DNA of 39,526 nucleotides from Bacteroidota bacterium (GCA_030699355.1 JAUYMZ010000428.1:1-39526), one strand, 5' to 3'; counted from the stretch's first letter, positions 27,001 to 34,909 are shown. Numbers and translations: made by a program. The notes: generated by a model from the letters alone, not told the origin.

Positions 27001-28909
27001 CTATCAAAATGCCAACACACTATACAGATATTGGCGGGTTGAAGCCAATGCTACTTTTAATCCGGGCTTGCCATTTATTGCAGGAATAGGCTTTTACGGA
27101 TTAGGCGGAGGCGCCTATTACAATATGAAACCTATTAGCGCCTTGGTAGCGGGCAAATCTACCATTAGCTTTCAGCCCCAAAAAGGCACATCGGGCTTTA
27201 ACTTAAAAGCAACTATTGGCACCTATCCTAAAGTAGAAACATTTAATATGGATGCCGATATAAATGGCACATTTACACAAGGAAATGGCTTGGTAAAAAT
27301 TACCTTTAATGGCGATTTTTATGTGGCAGCCAGCATACCTAAACGCAGTACAGCTAAAATAAAAGGGAATGTAATTGTAGATTATGATTTTACTGTAAAA
27401 GAATTTAATTTATTTGCCAATGTTCATGTTAATGCCCCCCCTATTACAACGCCTGCTCCAGCAAATTTATCGTTAAATATTAAAGGTAAAGAAAACCTAT
27501 GGTACTTTAATTTTGGGCGACCATCCCAAACAAACACAGTTATAATAAATAATTTTAACGTTTACGAATACCTCATGTTTGGAAATAATTTAACAGATTT
27601 ACCCAACGGGTTTACGAGCGGTTTTAAATCATTATATCAAGAGAAAGTTGGATCTGCCCCCACCTATTCAGGGGCGAGCCAAGGAGGAGTAGATGATAAT
27701 ACTAAAACAGGAAAAGGAATGGCTTTAGGCGTGGGAGTAAAGTTTGACGACCAAATTAACAAACACATATATACCGGTACTTGCAGAAAATGGTCTGTAC
27801 AATCAAATTTGGCAGCGGGAGCCGAACTCCATTTGTCCTTTTTGGAATATGCAAGTTGTGGCAGTATTAATCCTTTTGGTATAAATGGTTACCGGGTAGC
27901 GGGTGGAATTGGCATGTATGCAAGGGCTAACGCCAGTGTTAAAGGAACCCCTAAAAACAATCATAATGGCTGCGACACCAAAAACTATCCCATAGCCGAT
28001 TTTAAAACGGGATTATGGCTACAAGGTGTTTTTCCAAACCCTACCTATTTGGCTGGGCGATTGGAGGGCGATGTTGAATTATTAGGGAACGATAACCTAA
28101 GCAAGCGATTTGAATGGGATTTTCAATTTGGTAATTTTTGCCAAGGAGCACCAGCGCCAGGTGTAATTATTCCAGATCAAGACAAAGCAGGCGATTATCA
28201 AAACGCATTGATACAATATGTTGAACCAAGTATCAATACCAACTTCCCTATTACAGCACCATTAGTAGTAAAATATGGGCTTGAACCAAATAAAGTATTT
28301 GATATTGGAGAAGGCAAAGCAGATGGAACAGTAAAAACACGAACTTTTAGAATGATTGTAAACACTGTAAAATTAGAGGTTAAAAACACCAATGGCGTTT
28401 ATTCGCAACTAACCATTGTAAACAAAAAAAACCTAATTGGAGAATTTCAATATACTGTTAAACCTCCAATAAATGTTAATGGTTTACAAACACTTGGCAA
28501 TAACATTGGTTCAGCTAGCAATTTGGCAACCAATAGTAATACAGGAAATGTAACAGCAGCTCCAAATAACTTTCAAGGACAAATGGTGAACTTTAGTATA
28601 CCAAACCCTACTGTAACAGCAGTTCCATATAACTCTCAAGGGCTAATGGTGAACTTTAGTATACAAAACCCAAATGAACCAGTGGTGCCAAATTACCCAA
28701 ATACACAAACCCTACCCACAAATTACTTAGAAAATAAAAAATCGTATCGATTTACGGTAACAGTTACCCTGCAAGAGTATAACCCCAATAATTATACTTG
28801 GCAAACAGCACTTACCAAAAATGGAACTCCTGTAACACAAACAAAAATTAAACTATTTAGCACGCCAAACCCAATTTCATTTAGCACTGGACCTCATTCT
28901 AATAAATAA
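24035..28909 (+). CDS. Giant secreted protein of unknown function (1624 aa)
   Basis: Starts 6 nt after the barrel gene. It has a signal peptide (FLLILLFGKFSQSQ) and an N/T/G-rich, beta-rich sequence. I recognise no catalytic motif, T9SS tail or lipobox. Confidence 0.8.
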   Translation: MKPYLVSFLLILLFGKFSQSQTIQLVLSPKPSPYVSDWTSKRETAQIMVSNPTSNTIDAKVKTQLFLNGSTLYAETKTNAMPIISINPGMSVYGSDEIYPATAIQFQGTNMNSVLQTGKISDGVYTLCVQLVHPVTGLALTSQPPVCKVFTIVSYQAPILLYPANNASLNENMARNVLFKWTGISPNPNEPVSYRLKVFEVLDGQADIQAIRNNIPIVEKDLLNQTQSIWPHEFMPPEKDKNYVWTVVALDATEINFIDGDGFAQPFILKVRQPQMMGMTPPPNNNSSTNSGPIAVGDTIKAGQNGEFKIAITQVSVANNGNLTGKGKVWIPWIKSHFLVGFENIKVDSNRTLTKGGIIVEKNTSISNNIATYPQAWAQSLVAGNSWINNMIDGATNYTNNQINSISNWVDNNSGLPPFNYEANVSAPVISGNGLKLPLGLVFSGGNHKFLITEMLFKPNESKLIFLVQTEWMDNGVVKKLGFKGSGFIFKPNKVLFNNGRIELVENIGFLNSNQKIEYTFKKGTSTNGCYLQWADTGLVSVNLDMEVQFTRDWLIPIPSSNGTQRTKATLVGNGTSMQDIIITGNLGACEFVKVKGFKIKQPVAIALDFSDIRNTTLMQFPKNYPGDTGVDWRGFYIPIAAITIPEAWTKNTLPIPVNLSHLIIDNMGLSMKAKANNVVNLSQGSVNNMNASLDSIEIAIVNNSLQYGKAKGFLVIPICKDSLINRMKYTATFNQNNADSGLEFVLVPTQAIYTELLKGEITLKPSSSLSTTFKQGNMTISLKLDGTFKWNDPKLMATQNQLISGLPAPVRNLGIKGIKMEMEFEKLKLAYINNMSSNIHTATFDIGTWSFASPQKRAFNLPVTIANIQYKTLSVQNLPAPNKELFRGAITMDIIANLTDDIGGATKIGLAFALQTNLTSKKFKPEYKCSFVDSLQVRMDVAAVKFDGYLKIYDNDLIFGDGFKAEIKVKFVPISVTSNALVQFGNTAYQNANTLYRYWRVEANATFNPGLPFIAGIGFYGLGGGAYYNMKPISALVAGKSTISFQPQKGTSGFNLKATIGTYPKVETFNMDADINGTFTQGNGLVKITFNGDFYVAASIPKRSTAKIKGNVIVDYDFTVKEFNLFANVHVNAPPITTPAPANLSLNIKGKENLWYFNFGRPSQTNTVIINNFNVYEYLMFGNNLTDLPNGFTSGFKSLYQEKVGSAPTYSGASQGGVDDNTKTGKGMALGVGVKFDDQINKHIYTGTCRKWSVQSNLAAGAELHLSFLEYASCGSINPFGINGYRVAGGIGMYARANASVKGTPKNNHNGCDTKNYPIADFKTGLWLQGVFPNPTYLAGRLEGDVELLGNDNLSKRFEWDFQFGNFCQGAPAPGVIIPDQDKAGDYQNALIQYVEPSINTNFPITAPLVVKYGLEPNKVFDIGEGKADGTVKTRTFRMIVNTVKLEVKNTNGVYSQLTIVNKKNLIGEFQYTVKPPINVNGLQTLGNNIGSASNLATNSNTGNVTAAPNNFQGQMVNFSIPNPTVTAVPYNSQGLMVNFSIQNPNEPVVPNYPNTQTLPTNYLENKKSYRFTVTVTLQEYNPNNYTWQTALTKNGTPVTQTKIKLFSTPNPISFSTGPHSNK
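28566..28691 (+). repeat. 63-nt (21-codon) tandem duplication inside the giant gene
   Basis: NNFQGQMVNFSIPNPTVTAVP / YNSQGLMVNFSIQNPNEPVVP. The exact 18-nt ATGGTGAACTTTAGTATA is shared at a 63-nt offset. Confidence 0.75.
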
Positions 28910-28911
28910 CT

Positions 28912-30978
28912 ATGAAATTACATATTTACATATTAATAGCCATTTTATTCGCTGTGTTTAAAATGGCAAATGCACAACAAGAAGAAGTAATTACACATAT
29001 TGTTGGCGTTGGAAGATACACCAATAATGCCGTTGAGCTGCGCTGGATTCCGGAACATTTGAGTGTTAGTAAACACGGCTTTAAAAACGGTTATTTAATT
29101 GAAAGAACCAATAACAACACCAAGAAAGCTCAAATAATAGCAAAAGTATTTCCATATACTAAAGCATCATTTGACTCATTGATTGCTATAGAAACAGACA
29201 ATGAAACAAACGTATTATTAAGTTTTGTATCCGATATAATTTATGGTGAGTCAGAAAAAAACACAGACCCAATAAACTTAGAGGAAGGAATAGGCGACAT
29301 TAAGAATAAAAAAGGAGCATCAGATATGAACGATTTAATACTCTCCCTTTCTGCCATTAAAAACAGTAAGGTTGCTGCTGCCATGGGATTTTTATACATA
29401 GACAAAAGCGCCATGCCTAATACCAGCTATACATATACCATTTCGCCCATTGGAAAAATTGCCATTTACAAGGTTGAACCAGCAAAAATTAGTCTAATAA
29501 GTACAGAGAGTAAACTTAGTTATCAAAGTAAAATATACCCCTATCCTGGCGAAGGAAAATTTACATTTTTTTGGGAAGCAAACCCACAAGTATCGGGATT
29601 TTTCATAGAGAGATCATCCGAGGCAAATGGTCCATTTGTACCCATTAATCAAACCCCATTTTATGCAAGCAAGGGCTGTATGGGTGTGTTTTCAGACGAT
29701 GATATTCCCAATTATACAAACCATTTTTACCGCATTTTCGGTTTAAACCATTTTGGCGAAAAAGTATACATCGGTTCAGCCCAAGGAATGGCTGTAGACA
29801 AAAAGGCACCTGCACAGCCCGCCATACAACAACCCAAACACATTTCCCAAAACAAAGTAGAAATTAAATGGAAGATGAATCAAATTGAATCTGATTTAAA
29901 AGGCTTTATTGTAGCGCGGTCTGATAAAGACACTGGTACTTTTACCATTTTACACCCAAGCATTTTGCCTCCTAAAACCAATACATTTATAGATACTGGA
30001 TTTTCGAAAACAAGCAATAATTATTATGTAATTTACGCCTATGATACCGCAGGAAACATGAGCGTTTCGTACGTTGGATATGTAGTAATTATTGACAGTG
30101 CTGGTCCGACTACACCAACTATTTTAGCCAGTAAAATGGACACTTTGGGTGTGGTAAAAATTAGCATTGAAGCACCCAAAGACTTAGATTTAATGGGCTA
30201 TAAAATATATAGAGCTAATGGCAGCGACCATGAATTTTCATTGGTAAATAATGTATTTCCAACAGACACAACATGGCTTAGCACCAAAGAAATTTTATTG
30301 TGGGATACAGTAAGTTTGAACACAAGTACGCAAGCAGTTTATTACAAAATTAAAGCCCTTGATATGCATTACAATCCCAGTAATTTTACCCCAATTATTG
30401 AGGTAAAGAGAATTGATACCATAGCCCCATCGGCACCAGTATTTACCGACCTTTTGGTTCAGGAAAATACCATAGTTTTACAATTTGAACCATCGCCAAG
30501 TGAAGATGTGGCTGCACATATTATATACAGAAAACTTTACGAAAGCGACCCATGGAAACCAATCGTAATTTTAAAAGGAACCATAAAACAATACATAGAT
30601 ACAGGCTTGGTTAGCAACCAAGAATATTATTATACCATGAAGGCCATAGATAAGAGCAATTTAGTATCAGAGCCTGCAAACGAGGTAAAAGGAATACCAT
30701 ACAACAATGGCCTATTAAAAAAAGTAACTAAGCTAAGCGCAAATAAAACAGATTCGGCCATTTTTGTAAAATGGGAATACGAACGTAAAGACAAAGAACT
30801 AAGCTATATTATATACAAAGAAGACAAAACTGGTAAGCTATTTCAATATGCCATTGTACCTAGCTTTGAGTTTATGGATAAACAAAAATTAGCAAAAAAC
30901 GTATATGCCATAAAAGTAGTGCATATTGATGGATCCAAATCTATACTGAGTGAAAAAATAACAGTAGAAATTGAGTAA
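28912..30978 (+). CDS. Secreted protein with about six FN3-like modules (688 aa)
   Basis: Starts 2 nt after the giant gene and has a signal peptide (LFAVFKMANAQ). Six repeats show the pattern W..........GY.I.R ....... Y.Y.I.A.D..GN.S. Examples are YYVIYAYDTAGNMS, YYKIKALDMHYNPS, YYYTMKAIDKSNLVS and VYAIKVVHIDGSKS. Confidence 0.75.
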   Translation: MKLHIYILIAILFAVFKMANAQQEEVITHIVGVGRYTNNAVELRWIPEHLSVSKHGFKNGYLIERTNNNTKKAQIIAKVFPYTKASFDSLIAIETDNETNVLLSFVSDIIYGESEKNTDPINLEEGIGDIKNKKGASDMNDLILSLSAIKNSKVAAAMGFLYIDKSAMPNTSYTYTISPIGKIAIYKVEPAKISLISTESKLSYQSKIYPYPGEGKFTFFWEANPQVSGFFIERSSEANGPFVPINQTPFYASKGCMGVFSDDDIPNYTNHFYRIFGLNHFGEKVYIGSAQGMAVDKKAPAQPAIQQPKHISQNKVEIKWKMNQIESDLKGFIVARSDKDTGTFTILHPSILPPKTNTFIDTGFSKTSNNYYVIYAYDTAGNMSVSYVGYVVIIDSAGPTTPTILASKMDTLGVVKISIEAPKDLDLMGYKIYRANGSDHEFSLVNNVFPTDTTWLSTKEILLWDTVSLNTSTQAVYYKIKALDMHYNPSNFTPIIEVKRIDTIAPSAPVFTDLLVQENTIVLQFEPSPSEDVAAHIIYRKLYESDPWKPIVILKGTIKQYIDTGLVSNQEYYYTMKAIDKSNLVSEPANEVKGIPYNNGLLKKVTKLSANKTDSAIFVKWEYERKDKELSYIIYKEDKTGKLFQYAIVPSFEFMDKQKLAKNVYAIKVVHIDGSKSILSEKITVEIE

Positions 30979-31011
30979 AACAATTACCTTTATGCTATAA
31001 TTAAAAGCCGT

Positions 31012-31809
31012 ATGAGCCCAGCATTACATGTACTTATTGTTGATGACGAAAAACCAGCTAGAGATAATTTGCGTTTTTTACTTGGCAAATTAGGGCTGAA
31101 CCTAAGCCTCGAAATAGTAGAAGCAGGCAGTGCACAAGAAGCCCGAGAAATACTAAATAAACAAAACATAGAACTCATATTTTTAGATATCCAAATGCCT
31201 GGTGAAGACGGTTTTGATTTTTTATTGAGTATTCCTCATTCTAAATATGCCATTATTTTTACTACTGCGTACCATCAATTTGCCATAAAAGCTTTTAGAG
31301 CTGGAGCCATTGATTACTTATTAAAGCCCATCGATTTTATGGAGCTGCAAGAAGCAGTGTTGAAAGCCAATATTAATCAATCTATTTCTGCTATACATGT
31401 TCCGCAAAAAATAGAAAATTCTGTTTTAAAAGACATTCAGCTACAAGCTAAATCCGGCCAAATTAATAAACTACGTATTGCCAATAAAAATGGATATATC
31501 CTGCTTTCCTTAGCAGACATAAGTTACCTAGAAGCAGATAGTAATTATACCATTTTTCACCTTATAAATTTAAAGAAAATTGTTTCGGCAAAATCGCTCA
31601 AAGAATATGAAGAATTGATAGAAGGTCAGGCATTTTTTAGAATCCATAAAAGCTATCTTATAAACCTTCATCAATTTAAATACATTTCTAAAACCGACCT
31701 AAGTATTGCTGTAATGAATGATGGCAGTAATTTGCCCATAGCGCGCAGAAAATTATCATCCTTTGAAGACACAGCTAAAGCAATGCAGCATGGAAACCTC
31801 TATCAATAG
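31012..31809 (+). CDS. LytR/AlgR-family response regulator (REC + LytTR)
   Basis: The REC domain has VDDE and LDIQMPGEDG (phospho-acceptor Asp). LytTR C-terminal region: YLEADSNYTIFHL...FFRIHKSYLINL. Confidence 0.9.
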   Translation: MSPALHVLIVDDEKPARDNLRFLLGKLGLNLSLEIVEAGSAQEAREILNKQNIELIFLDIQMPGEDGFDFLLSIPHSKYAIIFTTAYHQFAIKAFRAGAIDYLLKPIDFMELQEAVLKANINQSISAIHVPQKIENSVLKDIQLQAKSGQINKLRIANKNGYILLSLADISYLEADSNYTIFHLINLKKIVSAKSLKEYEELIEGQAFFRIHKSYLINLHQFKYISKTDLSIAVMNDGSNLPIARRKLSSFEDTAKAMQHGNLYQ

Positions 31810-34708
31810 ATTGCTGTGCCTTCTTGTCTTTGCCGTTTTCTGCTTAGGTTCAACCAAGGCCCAAGAACAAGTATTTAAAAACATCAGCGTAAAAGATGGG
31901 CTTCCCAGTGCTACCGTTTATTGTATGTTACAAGACAAAAATGGTTTTATTTGGTTTGGCACAGAGAACGGTGCAAGCAGGTTTGATGGGGTAAATTTTG
32001 TGAATTATACCACCAAAGACGGCCTCACAGATAATAGCATTTTATTTATGAACGAGGACCAAGAAGGCAGAATTTGGCTGCATGGTTTTAAAGGATTGCC
32101 TTGTTTTTATTTGGATGATACCATTTACAATGCGAGTAATTGTCCCTTTTTGGCAAGCTTACCCAAATGGGGTTTTGTGCTTTCTGCCAAACAATTAAGC
32201 AATGGAGAACTTTACCTTTCTACCGATATTGGTATTATAAAAATTATAAAAAATAAATTCGAAAATGTTCCTGCAAAATTAGACAATAACAAAAACAATA
32301 AAGCCAAATTAGACTCAAACTTATGGGTTATTATTCCCAGCAAAAAAAATTATAATAGATTGTTTTTCAACGAAAATGAACCCATTATTTACTGGTCGAA
32401 CCAAGGCTTTGTAGACCCACAAAATAGCTATCCAAGTTTGGCGAAAACAAGCATTCATAACAAGTTTTACGAACCTACTTTTCAAGAAAAAATTGGGATG
32501 GACTTTTGGATATGCTCCTATATAGATGGCGTGGCAAAAATAAACAACATACAAGCTAATAATCCAAAGGTAGAAGAATTTTTGAAAGGCATTCAAGTTA
32601 GCATGGTGCTTAAAGACAACGAAGGAAACATGTGGTTTTCTACCTTGGAAAAAGGTGTAATGTTGATGCTTGCCGACCAACAAAACATGAAATATTACCC
32701 ACAAGCACCCTATTTATTTAATGAAAATATCTTAAGGCTATGCAAGCATAAAAATGCAATTTGGGCCGGATTAACTAAAAACAAATTAGCGTATTTAAGT
32801 GCTTCCACCTATCAACAAATAGACTTACCCCAGCACAAAGACCAAATGAAATCTTCTGTATACGATATTGTTGTTGATAAACAGGAAAATGTGATTGTTT
32901 GCACATCTTTTGAATTATTTCAGCTAAGTAAAAATTTAGGTGTACATAGCAAATGGAAATGCAAGCCTATTGAAAATAAAAGGAAAAGTATTTCAACAAA
33001 TAATAAAGCAATGTGTATCGACAATAAAAATAGACTTATTGTGTGCGAAGCATTGTTTTACACTTTTTATAGTTTTGATTCCAAACGAAATACATACCAA
33101 TACGACACATCCTTTAAAATCAATAATAATCGACTATTTTCTTGCTTAGCAAGCAGCAGTGGAGAGGTTTATATTTCGAGCAGAAACGGACTGTTTACCC
33201 TAAACCAGTATCGACTTAACGCTTGTAAAATTAATAGCATATTAGGCGATGAACCCATCATTAAAATGGCAGAACTGCCCAACAAAAACCTTATCTTAGT
33301 TACAAGAAACAAGGGAATTTTAGTGTATGATAAGCAAAAAATTATTCAAACCTTTGGCGAAACAGAAGGCCTAAGCTCCAATATTTGTAACAAAGTTTGG
33401 GTTCAGAACAACCTTGTATATGTAGCAAGTGCCAAAGGAATAAACATATTAAAATTGGTTCAAAACAAATTGATTGTTATACAACACTATGATATTAGCA
33501 ACGGCCTTTTATCTGATGAAATAAACGATGTAAATACCATTGGCAATACCATTTATGCGGCTACAGCATCGGGTTTAAATAGTTTTCAACCAAAAAAAAT
33601 CAGCAAATCTAGCGGTCCGCCCATTTATTTTACGGGAATAAAAAACAATGCAAAAGAAATTTATCGCATGTCAAATCCAGTATTTAAGCAAGCTCAAAGT
33701 TCCTTAGAAATAGGCTACCGAGCCATTACCTTTCAATTGCCTCTCCAAACAGAATACGCTTACCGACTTGTTGGCTTAAACCCCGCTTGGAAAAAAAGTT
33801 TAAACAACCATATAGAATACCCCAACCTACCAGAAGGCCAATTTACATTTGAGGTAAAGGCAAAAAAAGTAAACAGCCAATGGTCTGAACCTATTCAATT
33901 TAGGTTTGAAGTAACTGCTCCCTTTTACAAAAAAATTGGCTTTATTTTGTTTGGGTACAGCCTAGTGCTAGCCCTCCTATTTTGGGGAATATTTGGCTAT
34001 TATAAACACCAAAAAAGGGAGCAAAGAAAAAAGAAATTGATTCAATCTAGGTTGGAAACATTAGAGTTTCAAGCCTTAAATGCCCTCATGAATCCGCATT
34101 TTATTTTTAATGCCTTGAATTCTATTCAGCAATTTTTAAATGAAAACAATGCTTTAGAGGCAAACCAATTTCTTTCAAAATTTGCCAGTCTAATCCGTAT
34201 GAATATGGAATCGGTGATGAAAAGAAACATCTTTGTGGAAGATGAATTGGAGCGTCTAAAGTTATACTTGCGTTTCGAAAAACTGCGCCTTTCCAATAAA
34301 CTTAGCTTTACTATAGAGGTATCAAACGAAGTAGAAATTGAGTTGCTACTCATTCCGCCTATGGTGCTGCAACCTCTGGTAGAGAATGCCATTTGGCATG
34401 GGTTACTGCCCAACAATACCATCCATATTCATATTCAAATTTCGCCTATAGATTCTCGGTTTTTCAAAATAGAAATTAGCGATAATGGCATTGGCTTCGA
34501 TAACAGTAAATTTATAAAACAGCCTCAAAAAGACCCTGGTCACCCAAGCAGGGGTTTAGATTTTATTAATCAGCGATTAAGCTTGTGGACCCACCTAAAC
34601 AATACAGAATTTAGCCTAGAAATAGAACAGTTAAGTTCTGCATTAAGCGATAAAAAACCAGGCACTCAGGTAACCTTAAAATTGCCAATGGTTTTTGAGG
34701 AGGGGTGA
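31790..34708 (+). CDS. Sensor histidine kinase: periplasmic two-component-regulator propeller repeats + Y_Y_Y domain + TM + LytS/YehU-type His_kinase/HATPase
   Basis: Signal/TM segment (LLCLLVFAVFCLGSTKAQ), propeller repeats (VKDGLPSATVYCMLQDKNGFIWFGTENGASRFDG), Y_Y_Y-like segment (EYAYRLVGLNPAWKK...GQFTFEVKA), TM segment (ILFGYSLVLALLFWGIFGYY), ALMNPHFIFNALNSI (His box), LVENAIWHG (N box) and ISDNGIGF (G1 box). I place the start at METSINRL, which overlaps the RR gene by 20 nt. Confidence 0.85.
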   Translation: METSINRLLCLLVFAVFCLGSTKAQEQVFKNISVKDGLPSATVYCMLQDKNGFIWFGTENGASRFDGVNFVNYTTKDGLTDNSILFMNEDQEGRIWLHGFKGLPCFYLDDTIYNASNCPFLASLPKWGFVLSAKQLSNGELYLSTDIGIIKIIKNKFENVPAKLDNNKNNKAKLDSNLWVIIPSKKNYNRLFFNENEPIIYWSNQGFVDPQNSYPSLAKTSIHNKFYEPTFQEKIGMDFWICSYIDGVAKINNIQANNPKVEEFLKGIQVSMVLKDNEGNMWFSTLEKGVMLMLADQQNMKYYPQAPYLFNENILRLCKHKNAIWAGLTKNKLAYLSASTYQQIDLPQHKDQMKSSVYDIVVDKQENVIVCTSFELFQLSKNLGVHSKWKCKPIENKRKSISTNNKAMCIDNKNRLIVCEALFYTFYSFDSKRNTYQYDTSFKINNNRLFSCLASSSGEVYISSRNGLFTLNQYRLNACKINSILGDEPIIKMAELPNKNLILVTRNKGILVYDKQKIIQTFGETEGLSSNICNKVWVQNNLVYVASAKGINILKLVQNKLIVIQHYDISNGLLSDEINDVNTIGNTIYAATASGLNSFQPKKISKSSGPPIYFTGIKNNAKEIYRMSNPVFKQAQSSLEIGYRAITFQLPLQTEYAYRLVGLNPAWKKSLNNHIEYPNLPEGQFTFEVKAKKVNSQWSEPIQFRFEVTAPFYKKIGFILFGYSLVLALLFWGIFGYYKHQKREQRKKKLIQSRLETLEFQALNALMNPHFIFNALNSIQQFLNENNALEANQFLSKFASLIRMNMESVMKRNIFVEDELERLKLYLRFEKLRLSNKLSFTIEVSNEVEIELLLIPPMVLQPLVENAIWHGLLPNNTIHIHIQISPIDSRFFKIEISDNGIGFDNSKFIKQPQKDPGHPSRGLDFINQRLSLWTHLNNTEFSLEIEQLSSALSDKKPGTQVTLKLPMVFEEG

Positions 34709-34725
34709 GTTTTTTTTAAGAAGGG

Positions 34726-34761
34726 TTAGGACATTTAGGACTGGGAGGACAATTAGGACGA
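34726..34761. repeat. Four tandem 9-mers (TTAGGACAT TTAGGACTG GGAGGACAA TTAGGACGA)
   Basis: Read directly from the sequence, 18 nt downstream of the kinase stop. Confidence 0.7.
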
Positions 34762-34795
34762 TTGAGTAAATTAAACGAGTTTAATTTACTCAATC
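34760..34795 (+). terminator. 17-bp perfect inverted repeat (probable operon terminator hairpin, no clear T-run)
   Basis: GATTGAGTAAATTAAAC-GA-GTTTAATTTACTCAATC. Confidence 0.45.
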
Positions 34796-34909
34796 GAAGT
34801 AAATCAAATCTGCGGAAACAAATTAGAAACATCTTATCTACTTTATACTACCAAACAAAACATTTCAAAAAATTTGACCTAAATTCGCGTGCTCAATAAA
34901 AATCGCAAC

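Noticed and set aside
24760-28392. Minus-strand ORFs inside the giant gene (24760..25011, 25624..25884, 26527..26799, 28198..28392), and the similar ones in the barrel gene (23248..23460) and OMP gene (21895..22101)
   Set aside because: They are antisense shadow ORFs within long, uninterrupted plus-strand reading frames.
31763-31789. Longer kinase start (MKTQLKQCS...) overlapping the RR gene by 47 nt
   Set aside because: The Met at 31790 directly precedes the hydrophobic signal/TM segment, so a 20-nt overlap is more economical. Either start is possible.
32321-34422. ORFs 32321..32704 (-), 32940..33149 (+) and 34126..34422 (-) within the kinase gene
   Set aside because: They are nested or antisense, AT-rich and low-complexity in translation, with no motifs.
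34889-34909. GTG start for purL
   Set aside because: The ATG at 34910 gives MIYFFENP, a typical FGAM synthase start. The GTG extension adds 7 residues with no support.
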